A stretch of 64,000 nucleotides of DNA from Lama glama. Its lineage: Eukaryota. Position numbers and translations under genes: made by a program. Below, one piece after another: positions 1 to 11,314 of this stretch. How positions within the stretch are numbered: position 1 is the first letter of the stretch; every line of letters begins with the position of its first letter. The notes beneath the pieces were generated by a model. That model did no database searches, had not been told where the DNA came from, and saw nothing but the letters and a program-made list of their open reading frames with translations. Where the stretch lies: assembly GCA_028534125.1 (NCBI GenBank), contig CM052816.1, forward strand, positions 13,022,001-13,086,000, given 5' to 3'.

Positions 1-929
1 TTGTGGCAACTCTGAAATCTCTCTGGACAGTGGCGATGGCAGCTCCCCACCCAAATATGGAGGCCCTATTTCTGTCCTCTGGGAAGTGGGGGGCAGTCCC
101 TTGTCTGTTCCTTTCTGTAGCACCTGGCTCCACCCCCTGCGAAGTTCTTAATCTTCCCTGACTTTCCTTTGTTCCACTGAAAACGGTTATTGCGCCATAT
201 GCCCTCCTTGAGGGCTTTCTAATCGAGGGGGTTTGAGAGGTCAGGGTCATTTTAAGTGTCTTGATATTTAGACCAATATGACTTTCTCGTAGATTCAGAA
301 GACTTCCAGTGCATTTGCTCGCAAATCAGTCCTGTGTGCCAGGGGCCCCATACACACAAGATGTTTGAGACACGCCTTTTCAAATGGCCTGATTTCTTTG
401 TTGGTTCCTTCCAGCCGACTAGCCACACACTAAACCTGATCTCTGTCCTGAGTGATTTGGATCATGTGTTTTTTTTTGGACATTCATTATTGCAGCCTTT
501 CTATATCAGATTTCTCACAGTTTGTGGTCCAGTTGCAGTGAGTTTTCCAGTCCTTCCAGGCATCACATATCTGGGATCTGCTGCCTTTCGTTTCTGCCGG
601 TTCTTTCTGGGGCGCATCTCTCCCTTCCTCCTTCCTTCCTCTAGCCGTGGCCCACGCACACTACTGATGTTCTTTTCTCTAAACCTCTTCCCCTGCACCT
701 GCCAGCTCCATACTCACACGGTCTCCCTCCCATGTCATCAATGCTGACAGTTGTAACAAATATTTTTGCCACTGAATAACAATCTCCACATTTCTGATCT
801 TTGTGGTCAGTTTCCTCACTGCCTGTCACCGGACTGCTGGGCCAGTGCCATACCCCCTGCGAGCTTTACTGTAGCAGCTCCCCACGGTCGGTTTGCAATT
901 CTGCAGTTGTCATAAACTAGGTCATGCAG

Positions 930-1240
930 CAGAAGGAAGCCCATCTCCAAAGAGCTGTTGCTTCACATATAAAAGTTTATGTTTTATTCAGAGTCTCCCA
1001 TGGGTCTCGTGGCAATCTGTGGCACTCCCCCCTCACCCCCAAGCAATGATGCAGGGACCCAAGATGCTTCCATCTTGTAGGTTTAAAACTGGAGCACGTG
1101 GCTTGCAGGGTTGAAGGGAAAAGGGAGCTGGGATGGTCATGCACCAGCTCTGAAATGCTTTGGCAAAATAGTGACACATGTCACATCTGCCACCAGCTTT
1201 TGGCCTTGGCATACAGCCCTTGCCTCTTCCATGAACAGTA
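930..1240 (-). mobile_element. Ancient ERVL-MaLR LTR (MLT1J/K/L-like) remnant
   Basis: Characteristic blocks 'cagggacccaagatgcttccatcttgt' and 'gtgacacatgtcacatctgc'; boundaries approximate. Confidence 0.5.
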
Positions 1241-1344
1241 AATATCTCTGGCCCAACTACTTAATCGAACTCTAAGATGGGGGTGGCTGGCACCTGCATT
1301 TTAACACCTATTTGGTGTTTGGGAACATTTGTTCTAGAATAAGT

Positions 1345-1460
1345 GGTGATATTCCTACTTTATTCATTATAAAGCTGAGCCTTAGCGATGGTTCAGCTTA
1401 CCCAAGGTCACCCAAATTTAGTGCCAAAGCTCCCTGTGCCTCCTCGTTCTGGTCGACTCC
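1345..1460 (-). mobile_element. MIR SINE fragment
   Basis: 'aagctgagccttagcgatggttcagcttacccaaggtcac' resembles the reverse-oriented MIR core. Confidence 0.5.
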
Positions 1461-1619
1461 AAGCTGCTGGTATGTAAAAGTCCCATCATAATGCCACTCA
1501 TGCTCTTCATTCAAGATCACAGACTGAGGAACCATGTTCCTCTTCTTCTGCTTCTTTCCCTGGGGTCCTATGAACTGAAAGGACTGTGTAGGAAACCAGA
1601 TTAAAGCAGCATGCTAGCA

Positions 1620-2112
1620 AATTCAAAGAAAAGCGAAAAGGACGGAAAAGAGGAGGGGAAACAATTTTCCGAGAAGAGGAATCCACTTGGTCCAGCATAA
1701 ATTTGCTAGTGGTTCACCCCCATAAGCTTAAAACAAGTGAAAACCCTTAAATAGCTCCCTCCAGTCCTTAGCTGGACCAAATGACAGGGGCAGGAAGCTG
1801 TGCGAGTACCCAGGTATCCACGTGGTCACAACGGTGCTGGTTCTTTGCTGCTCTGCAAAGCCTGCTTCACCTGTGAGCTCATTCCCCAACGGAATCTGAT
1901 TCCGTACATCTGCGATAAATATTCACATTTGTCAAGGTGAGAGAGGGAAGCTTCAGAACTGAGGGAATTTGCTTTGGAGTTTGCAGATTTTATCCTTGCA
2001 TCATACCAGAGAAGAAAAAAAAAATAAATGTGGGGTGAGGAAGAGGGAAATTCTTCCTTGCTAAGAGGACAGAAATAACTTGAGCTAATTAGATGGACCT
2101 AAAAAGGTAAGT
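1620..2112 (+). promoter_or_regulatory. Candidate cytokine-responsive promoter/enhancer ending in a consensus splice donor
   Basis: IRF-like GAAAAGCGAAAA 1628-1639, GAS TTCCGAGAA 1667-1675, E-box 1819-1824, kB-like 1963-1972 and 2045-2054, donor AAG|GTAAGT at 2106/2107. Motif matches only. Confidence 0.3.
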
Positions 2113-2603
2113 GAAAATTAATGAGAAATAAGAAGAATTTTAACTCTGGAAATAGCCTCTCTTCTGTGCTGTTGAAATCCTATCCCCTTTAGTGGAATAA
2201 GCTTAGGTCAGGAGCTAACCTGCCAGGGCGAAACTCAAGCAAAAGGGAATGTGCTTTGGGCAGCCCGAGTCCAGCTGAGTATCTTGCAGTGTTTTCCCCG
2301 ACTTTGGAGTTCACTCAAAGTATGATTTAAATTTTGCCACAAGCCTTTACTTTTGGAAAACCGTATGTATTTTTTAACAAATTCAATTTGGATGTTTCTT
2401 ATTTTCTTGCCCTTTAGCTCATTAAGATGTTATTTTGTCGGAGTCGTTTGTTTGGGAAGCAATCTGATTCTTTTTGGAAAATCTTGAGAAGCCTTTGTTG
2501 TTGGAAAAAGCAGCAAAAACCTGTCTGATCTTGAGTGCATACATTCAAAGTGAATGAGAAAGTCATAGAAATTTCTAAACCAGTGGTTCTAAGGTGTGGT
2601 CCC

Positions 2604-2667
2604 TAACAATGGTAAATATATGTGCACCCAACATAGGAGCATCTCAGTATACAAGGCAACTCTTATC
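2604..2667 (+). mobile_element. 64-bp internal fragment of the L1 ORF2 endonuclease domain flanked by 13-bp direct repeats
   Basis: Translates TMVNICAPNIGASQYTRQLL, matching the L1 endonuclease TIVNIYAPNIGAPQYIRQ motif. AAGGTGTGGTCCC occurs at 2591-2603 and 2668-2680. Confidence 0.85.
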
Positions 2668-2680
2668 AAGGTGTGGTCCC

Positions 2681-3575
2681 CAGGCCGGTACCGTCGCCTA
2701 GACACAGGGTCCTCACGTTAAGAAGGGCCTCATACTTGGTTTTATGCTATCATTATCTTGAAATTCTTACCTTTTTTTTGTAAGTAAAGTCCAGTGGGAC
2801 ACTAGGACAATGGGACATTGCATGGGCAGATTCCCCATCCACAGATGGCATTCACGGTGCCCCGTGGACGTAGGATTCCCCCAGACCCACATGAGCGAGA
2901 GCTCAGTGAGACGCAAAGCCACTGCAGGGTAAGCACGGTATGTCTACAACTGAATAAACCGGGCAAAGATGTGGAGATGAAGGGGGCACTGACATCTCAG
3001 AGAGGGCACACTTTCTATTTGCACCAGAGCTTTCGTGGAACCCAGAAGAAAGGCAGTGGCATTCTAAGAAACACATCCCACCAAGAAACACTATCGTATC
3101 ATCTCTTGTTTGTGAATTAGCCAGCTGTTCACCCTCAGAGAAGGGAAGAGAGAGGGCACCCTGGTTCCTTATCTTTTCAGATACGCGCCAGTAATTCAAA
3201 AGCAGAGAAAGGCAGTCGACTATTTACATATCAAGAAGTGAAATTTAAAACAGTGGAATCCGTTTTGTGCATCAATTCCACCCCTCAGGTTAGAAAGGAA
3301 TCTTCATGTACACACATACATGCACATACTACAAAGACGAGTTGTGTAATTAATTTCAGTGATTTCGCAGACGAGTTAAATGCTCTTTAAAACCTGTCAT
3401 TGTGCAACTTAGCAGATGAACAGTAAACTTCAGGTGAATCATTAAATGGCAATTAAAAAATACCATGTCTTGTTGAGAGGGAGCACAGAAGAAAGGGAAC
3501 AGTTTTATCTTCTAGTACCTTACTAATAGCACTTTTTCTTGCTTTTTGAATAGGGGGCCCCATATCTTCATCACA
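2681..3575 (+). mobile_element. hAT-Tip100 DNA transposon remnant (Zaphod/MER91/MER115-like)
   Basis: Start 'agaagggcctcatacttggttttatgct...tcttgaaattctta', internal 'ggcagtggcattctaagaaacac', end 'gcactttttcttgctttttgaatagggggcccc'. Confidence 0.7.
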
Positions 3576-3589
3576 CACATCTGTGTTCA

Positions 3590-3770
3590 CCGTAAGGCAG
3601 TCATGCAACTTTGAGCAGTGGTCTCAACCTCTCCGGTCCTCAGTTTTCTTAGCTGCGAAGTGGGGGTATTAAGGCCTGCCTCATAGTGTGCTTAGAGGAT
3701 TTAAATAAGCTAATACATGGAAAGGGCTTAGCACAGTGTCTGATACCTGGTAAGGACGTGAGGAGAAGGC
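3590..3770 (+). mobile_element. MIR SINE
   Basis: Core 'aacctctccggtcctcagttttcttagctgcgaagtgggg' and 3' part 'gcttagcacagtgtctgatacc'. Confidence 0.8.
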
Positions 3771-4255
3771 ATTTCATCTATATCACTGTTAATAATAATT
3801 AGTATTTTCTCCATTCCTCATTGCTGGTGGCTTGAGCCTCATCCTCAACAAGGCATCACACTTGTTTAACTCCCTCTGGGTTGCCCCTCTCTGCCTTGGA
3901 TTGAGACTTGCAAAAGAAACGCAGGAAAGAGCAGAACCTTTCTTTTGACTAGAAGAGGGGAAGGAATGAGAAACAGGACAGTGTTTCTTCATCTTGATAA
4001 GGCATCTTCTTGTCTGCAACGTTCTGCCTTCTGGCATAAATTTGCCCCAAATTCTAAAGCACACGAGGAAGTCCCTAGCCCCCTTGACTGGATGTTGCAT
4101 GAGAAGCAAATTGCACAGGAGCCAAAAACCTGAGCTTTGGAGCTGGGCCCACCTGTGCCCTGACTCTGTGCCACTTGCCCTGGGTGATCTCAGGCCCCTT
4201 GTGTATGGGCTAGAGGTCTGTTTCTTCAAATGCAAAAAAGTACCAACAGAGAGCC

Positions 4256-4908
4256 CATTCATTCCTCCAAGATACTGCTGGTTTGGTTCCAGACCACCAC
4301 AATTAAACAAACATCCTAGTAAAGTCAGTCACATGATTTTTTTTTTTTTTGGTTTCCCAGTGCATATAAAAGTTATGTTTACACTGTACTGTAGTCAATT
4401 AAGCATGAGACAGTGTTAGGTCTTAAAAAGTATATACCTAATTAAAATACAAGTTGCTTCTATATAGCAGAGGGAACTACATTCAATATCTTGTAGTCAC
4501 CTATAATGAGAAAGAATGAAAAGGAATATGTATATGCACATGTATGACTGAAACATTATGCTGTGTACCAGAAACTGACACATTGTAACTGACTACACTT
4601 CAATTAAATATATATACAATTCATTACTAAAAAATGCTAACCATCATCTGAGCCTTCAGTGGCTCATAGAAGTACCGTCAAAGATCATCGTAACAAATAT
4701 ACTCGTGATGAAAATGTGAGACAGACCGTGAGCGATACCAACGTGACAGACGTGAAGTGAGCAGACCCTGTTGAAAAAATGGCACCAATAGACATGCTTG
4801 AAGCAAGGTTGCCACAAACCTTCGGTTTGTAAAAACAAACAAACAAACAAACAAACAAATCTCTGTGGAGCACAATAAAGTGAAATGGAATAAAACAAGG
4901 TCTGCCTA
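4256..4908 (-). mobile_element. Internally deleted Tigger1 derivative (Tigger1a_Art-like), interrupted by an L1 3' end
   Basis: Both Tigger1 termini present: 'ggtttggttccagaccaccacaat...ggtttcccagtgcatataaaagttatgtttacact' and 'ggttgccacaaaccttc...taaaacaaggtctgcct' followed by TA. Confidence 0.85.
4451..4619 (+). mobile_element. Camelid L1 3' UTR stub nested in Tigger1
   Basis: 'tatagcagagggaactacattcaatatcttgtagt...gactgaaacattatgctgtgtaccagaaactgacacattgtaactgactacacttcaat'; Tigger1 homology resumes after it. Confidence 0.85.
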
Positions 4909-5659
4909 TAAAAAGAAAGAGTGTGTGTCAAGCCCACAGCTCCGTATCAGGCTCCAAGTGCTCCACACCTGTGTGCGGCTGTGGGTCTCATCACAGACCA
5001 GCGTTCACACCAGCTCAGGCTCAGCATCTTAGCATCAATTGTGTCAGCAGGTAGTGCCCCTGAACCCCTTTCCTGACTGTCCAACTGGCATGGTAATAAT
5101 GGCCTCTCCTGCCCACCGCTAAGTATGAACCCGCGGTACTATCCAAAAGCTCTTTATAAATGATCGAAGCTTCAAAGAACACGAGGAAGTTTTGTTACTG
5201 ATATTGCTGTCTTCAGAACAAAGGCAGTTAGAGCCTGAGAAGGGCTACGTTGTTATAAACTCACTATCTGCTCTTTACATGAATTCAGAGATGTTGCGGG
5301 AACCAAGTCCCAATTACTTCTGTTTATTGCAGCAAGAGACAGTGTGTTTTAGCACGAGGCTAAAAAGTGATCTGTAAAAGGATTAATGTTGAGTGTTAAA
5401 TATTCTCCTGCTTTTGTTGAGATCTTTAGGAGGAAGTGCTCAGACCGGCTGCACAGTGGGCATCATTAGAACTCAGATACCAATCCAGGACTGCCCGGGC
5501 TTCCTCAGTGCCAAGTGTGGAGCACGATCTGTAATGAGCATAGCTTTCAAATGGGCTATGGGAGGGATTATCCACCTTCTGCTGTGCCCACATCTGGATC
5601 CTACCATGGGTCCTGTGTTCCTTGAGGATAGATCTTGCCTTCTTAAGTGAGTTATGCCT

Positions 5660-5828
5660 TGTGGTTCCTCTGACACATTAGTGTGCATGTAAATCACCCA
5701 GGAATCATCTTAAATGTGGATTCTGATTGGGTAGGTCTGCTTGGGGCTGGAAATTGTACATTTTTAGCAAGCTCCCAGGTAATGCCAATGCTGCTAGTCC
5801 ATAGACCATGCACACTTTGTGCAGTAAG
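5660..5828. mobile_element. MER5A/B (hAT-Charlie) MITE
   Basis: 'aatcacccagg...gattctgattgggtaggtctg...tttttagcaagctcccaggtaatgccaatgctgctagtcca'. Confidence 0.8.
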
Positions 5829-6204
5829 TGTTCATAGCTGAAAGGGCTCACAGCGGAAGCCCTGGTGGGTGGCTGTGGAGCCCACAGGTGAGGGCTCTGT
5901 GTCTAATGAAGAGCCAGAGCAAGATGAAACCTGGAGATGCATACATGGGCAGGTGGTACCTATGACCAGCCAGGGATGAGAGCTTTGGCGAGTGGTTGTG
6001 GAGGGATTACAAGGGATGTGGCATTAGAGGTGCCAGTCTCTAAATAACCATCTGCTGACAAAGAACATGATCTTTCCTTTTGGACAGTTTTGTCATTCAA
6101 GTCTGAGAAAATATGAACATCTTGAAATAGTATCATCACTCGACTACTTTTTTAGTAAGTTGGTTGGTTGCCTCATCTATTAAATGTTTACTGAAAATAC
6201 GTTT

Positions 6205-6412
6205 TTAAAGACATTGTTGATATATAACATTAAGTTCATTTCAGGTCTACAACATCATAATTCCGTATTTGTAGGTGTCGTGAGATAATCACCACAGTAA
6301 GTCTAGTTAACATCCATCACCACATAGTTACAACATGTTTTTTCTTCTGATCAAAACTTTTAAGATCTACTCTCTCAGCAACATTCAAATATACAATATT
6401 ATTAACTGTAGT
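6205..6412 (-). mobile_element. L1MA-type 3' end
   Basis: 'caccacagtaagtctagttaacatccatcaccacatagttac...aagatctactctctcagcaacattcaaatatacaata'. Confidence 0.85.
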
Positions 6413-6779
6413 TTAAAATGCATTTTTAGCATATTTTTTAAAAAATGTTGTCTCTTGATAGTCATTTGAATCTCACCATGAAAACTGGCCAAGTCTTTTG
6501 TCTATAAAATTATGTCTAAATTTTTAAAGTCAGATAAAGAATGGATTGGTTTAAAGAAAGTGGAGATTATTTGGAATTGTTTTGAAATCCAGCTGCCTGA
6601 AATCCACAATTGCTTTAAAAAATATTTTTAATATTTAGAATTTGTCCAATGATACCATATTGAACAGCTTTAAAGATTCTTAAGCATTTTTTTCCAGCCC
6701 CATTTTAAAACAACTGATTTTTTTAAAAGCCTTTCAGCATCTGAGGCTCAGGAGACTATAGAAAATAAATTGTTTGGGT

Positions 6780-6960
6780 TTGTTGTTTCTCTTAGTCAAC
6801 AAACATGCACTGCGCACCTACTAAGCACCAGGCACTTTGTAGGACGCCGAGGATACATGAAGACTGAAGCTCCGTCCCTGCGGTCACAGCGAGATAAAGG
6901 GACACTCGGCAGTGTACTGAAGCAAGTCCGAGGCAGAAGTTGTATGAAAGAGAAGGTAAT
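6780..6960 (-). mobile_element. L2 3' fragment
   Basis: 'caacaaacatgcactgcgcacctactaagcaccaggcactttgtagg'. Confidence 0.6.
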
Positions 6961-7049
6961 CTACCGAAGCCCTTAGTGTGTCATTATGGGACGCTCATTT
7001 TCAGCCACAGGCACTTCTTCTATACTCTTTATTCCATCCCAAAGAGTGG

Positions 7050-7270
7050 TGGTAATAAAAGTTATAGCCAACAGTTACTGAATGTCTACAATGTACCAGG
7101 CTCTGAGCTGCCTTGCTGAACGAGGAGACTGAATCCTCACAAGATCTCCACAAGGTATGCGCTGTTACGGCACCGTGAACATGCCTGAGATCACAGCGTT
7201 ACAGTGTACTCGAGCCCTGTCCCGACCTGGTCAGCCTGATTCCAAAGCCCGCGCTGTTCCCACCACACTA
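7050..7270 (-). mobile_element. MIR SINE
   Basis: 'ttactgaatgtctacaatgtaccaggc...aatcctcacaa...catgcctgagatcacagc...cctgattccaaagccc'. Confidence 0.7.
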
Positions 7271-8509
7271 CACTCATGACGTTTTCTCTGGAGTATGCAT
7301 CAGAGGTCGAGTCATTTTTTTTTTGAATAGGAACACCTCCAATTAATTTTACCATGAGAGGGTGTTAACAAGTAACTGACTAGTTTATTTGTATGTCACA
7401 TGGTGCTCCGATCATCTGAGGAAATGAACAAGGCAGTGCTAAGGTGTGCAAAAACGCACTTATGCATAGAACCACATAAAAATACCAAAGGAGTAGGGGA
7501 GGTGGAAGTGAGGGGTGAGCTATTTCAGACCATTGCAGTGGCTGCCCTCCAGTGTTGCTCCTGAATCCATCTCAAGGCAACTAGGATTATCAAATAGCAA
7601 GACATCCTGACCTCATCATACCTGCAAGTGTAAAGATGTGGCTCATTTATTACTGATAAATGGTTTCCTAAGACTGACTAACCATCCGTGACAAGTAGAG
7701 ACTAGCGAGGTATTGGAGACCCACACTCCAAGGCCAGAGAAAGGCATCCGGGAAAGGAGGAGGTCCCCACGCTGGAACCACGAAAGTAGAAGAGCGGAAG
7801 GCAGGTGTGGGGGGCAGTCCGTGCTCTCAAGTACAGGGCTTCCCACCAGAGCCGCTGCAGAGAGAAGACTTTCCTGACCCAGCTGTCTGGGAAGCTGACA
7901 GAGAACGAGGGCTGGCTCTTCATTGCTTGTTCTCCAAATTAAGCCAGTATTAGCACCGAAAGGAAAGAATGTCAACTGAGAGCTGTTTTCCTCTGTGGAA
8001 CGTGTCCTGACTCATGCCTGTCACTTAGGGTTTTTGTGGCTGTCCCAGCAAAACACTCAAGAGTCGCCCTTGCGCATGGCCAGGGGACCCCAGCACAACA
8101 ACAACTAACTTCTATGATTAAATTTGTCAATGAGTCAGCTAGGGGGATGGTGAATATCCACAAGGGAAGAAGAAAACATTTATTCTTTTTCATATATATG
8201 TAAAATCTCTGAAAAGTTTTATTACCAAACATCTGGACAGGCAATACTAAATGAAAATAATAACCAAATCTAAAGCAGACCCATTTGTCATAGTAAATAT
8301 CTGATCTCAAGGCCTGGTCAGGAAAAAAAAAAAATCGTTCATAGAAAGAAAGGCCCTGAGGCTCCGAGTTCTTAAGAACCTATACTATGTGTAGGAAGCA
8401 TTTCGACTTCCTTCCTTTGAATTTATAATTAGTGGAAATTATTCAATGACATAGTTTTTCTTCTTGAAAATATCTTAGGAGAAGAGAACTAATATTTATT
8501 ACAAGATTC

Positions 8510-8900
8510 AGATACATCTTTACTGCCCCTGCTCTGGCCCAGTTCACCGTCATCTCCACCCAGACTATAATTATGGCCTCCTGTCTTCCCACTGCCCCGC
8601 CCTCCCCCTCAAACACCGCCCCCGGGTTCTTCCCATGGTTGGCTCAGTCTCACCTGTCAAGTCTCAGACAAAATGCCACTTCCTCCGAGAGAACTTTGCT
8701 AGCCGCTACGCCCACCACTTACTGTCTGTCTCATTTGATTTATTTCCCAATTGCTTTTACAGCACATTCATCATCTTCTTAATCTGGTTTATCTACTGAA
8801 GCACTGTGTCTGCCTCATTCACTGCTGTTCCTCCACCTAGCACGGGGTCTGGCATGCACTGGCACTCGGCGTTCGTCTGACGAATAAATACACGAATGAT
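8510..8900 (+). mobile_element. L2 3' region
   Basis: 'cattcactgctgttcctccacctagcacggggtctggcatgc...gaataaat'. Confidence 0.65.
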
Positions 8901-8914
8901 AGAGCGGGCCAACC

Positions 8915-9110
8915 ACTCGGCTTAATAATTTACAAATATTTTCTTGTTTAACCTTATAAAAGTCCTCTGATGAAGGAGTCACTATCCTCACTTAGTGAAC
9001 GAGGAAATGAAAGTGTAGATGTGGACTTACAGCTGGTAGGTAGAAAATGGGGATTTCCACTTGAGGTCTATCTGACTCCAAAGTCGCTTTTATTTCTACC
9101 CAATTGTATT
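8915..9110 (-). mobile_element. MIR SINE
   Basis: 'actatcctcactt...gaggaaatga...aggtctatctgactccaaagtc'. Confidence 0.6.
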
Positions 9111-10299
9111 GCCTTCCAACGGGAAATCTTTCTCACAAAAGAGAGATTTCTGAACTTCTTTTAATATCCAAAGACATTCAACTCCAGCCTACAGAGCTTT
9201 GTGATCTTAGACCAGAGTTCTTCCAATGATATCTTGCCCCTTGAATTAAAAAAAAATAAAAGTAAAGAATGAGCTCTCCATTGCTTAGGAAATGGCTCTG
9301 ACGTCCTTAAACACTCTGTCCACATACACATGCCAACCCAAAACTGTCAGGAGCAATCTCGATGCTAGTTATTAAATGTGCAGTGCTCAGCCAGATAGTG
9401 GCTGTGACTGACATCCTGCTTATTGCTGCTTATGAACTGGTTTCTTGTGCATAAATCAGGACGGTAGCCTGTACACGAGCTTCGTTTATAGGACTAATTT
9501 AGTGGGGATGTACAAAATCATCAGAAGGCATAGCATAAGCATTCCCAGCATAAATATAATCCATATATAGACACAAGTGTGTATATATGCATGTACGTAC
9601 AGTCATATGTATGTATGCCCACAAATATGCATACACACTATATTTTATGCTTAGCTATAAATATAATGCTCTATCTCATTGGAAACCTGAATATGGTCAA
9701 AACTTGTTGCCAGGAAATACGATTTCCGATTTATTCACGAGGTTTCTCTTTACATGTCTGTTTTCTGATCTAGTTATTTGAACTCAACTTTTTCTTTCCA
9801 GTTTTCACGCCTCATGTCAGGAGTGTGTTTGCCAAAGTATGGTTAAGGTTTCACCCTATTTGCATTTTATGGCAGAGACCCATGATCCATAATATCTTCA
9901 CCTCTTTGAAGCCATATTGGATGATAGTAAACAAAGCATTGCCTAGCATATGGTACCCACACCGCAAAGAGTACACAAGATCATTTAGGTGGCGTGCTCC
10001 ACGGGGTAATCAGAGACGAGGAGGGGGATCTTCTCCGTCAGACTGGAGCCAGTCTCAGGTTGCAGAGGCCAACATTTCATTGCATTTATTTATATGGTTA
10101 CCTCCAATTTATGACAAATGATATTAGTTTTCCGTTTCTGACCATGGTATTTCATTTCCTTTGGGGGGTAAATCTACTTAAGGAAAAATATGTCAATGTA
10201 AAGCTATTACATAAATAATTGTCCACGCGGTTTGCGGGGGGTGGCAAAAATTATTCAAGTCATATGCAAACGGCTGACGGAAAAAGCTAGTGGAGGCAA

Positions 10300-10570
10300 C
10301 AGAGGTCTGCAAGTCAGAGTTCCCCACTTAGTAACTGAGCAAGCTGGAGTGTGTTACTTACCCTCGCTTAAAACGAGCTGCAGTAACCTCAGAGCTTTGG
10401 TTTGTTCAAATGGAAAATGTATCAAGCGTGACACAGTAGATGCCAAATAAATGATCTTTGCCACGATAAGAACTGCTTTGGTGACTATTAACTATCATTC
10501 ATGAAATAATGTATGTGGAGCACCCAACACAGAGCCTAGTACATACTCCGTGCTCAGCAAATATTGGTCC
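10300..10570 (+). mobile_element. MIR SINE fragments
   Basis: 'aacctcagagctttggtttgttcaaatggaaaatg' and 'aataatgtatgtggagcacccaacacagagcctagtacatact'. Confidence 0.6.
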
Positions 10571-11314
10571 AAAATTCCTTCATCAGTTTCCTTCTCAATC
10601 GACCTGTAAACAGATGTGTGATTCATGAGTCAGTTTTAGCTGATACCAGCCTAGTATGTGAATGCCGTATGGCCTGTTTTAAGATGTGTGCTTGCATACT
10701 ATGTTGTGTATGATCGGTGTGTCGCACAGAATTCTAAATAAATAAATAGTGAATGATAATCTATGTCACCGGTGCCCGTAGATGAGGAGTGAAAACGTTC
10801 TGTGAACACAAAGCAGCTTCCTGTAATGTGGTTCACATTCTCCTCCTGTTTTGACTGTGATGACATGAGTAAAATATTCATCATCTGTGAGTGTGAGGTT
10901 GTAAACGTAAAGATGATAACTGTATCTCAAGAGGATTTCTGAAGTTCCTCCCTAGAAAGAATTACACACCAGGAAATTCCACCGCAAATCCATCACAAAT
11001 TGAAAATGCTTCTCGGGAAGACAGATGAATTAAGATGGGCACCCTGAGGTGATGGAGAAATAAGACACAGGGTCTTATGTTATCTAAGAGCATGGAAAAT
11101 GAGGAATATTTACAGGATCCCATCTCAAGACGCCAGTGCAGACAAGAGGCGATAAATGGAATTGGGCATTGGCTGATGGAAAGGAAAACTGGGGAGTCAA
11201 GACAATGGGAATTTAACAAGACAGAGACCCGTCCTAGGGGGAACAAAGTGAGATACTGCCAGAAGTGAATGCAGCTTGGCTGAATATCGCCACAATAGTG
11301 TGTCTTTCCTTAAA

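Noticed and set aside
10783..10847. Hairpin (TGTGAACACA...TGTGGTTCACA) as a pre-miRNA
   Set aside because: The stem is short with a large asymmetric internal loop, and I recognise no mature miRNA sequence.
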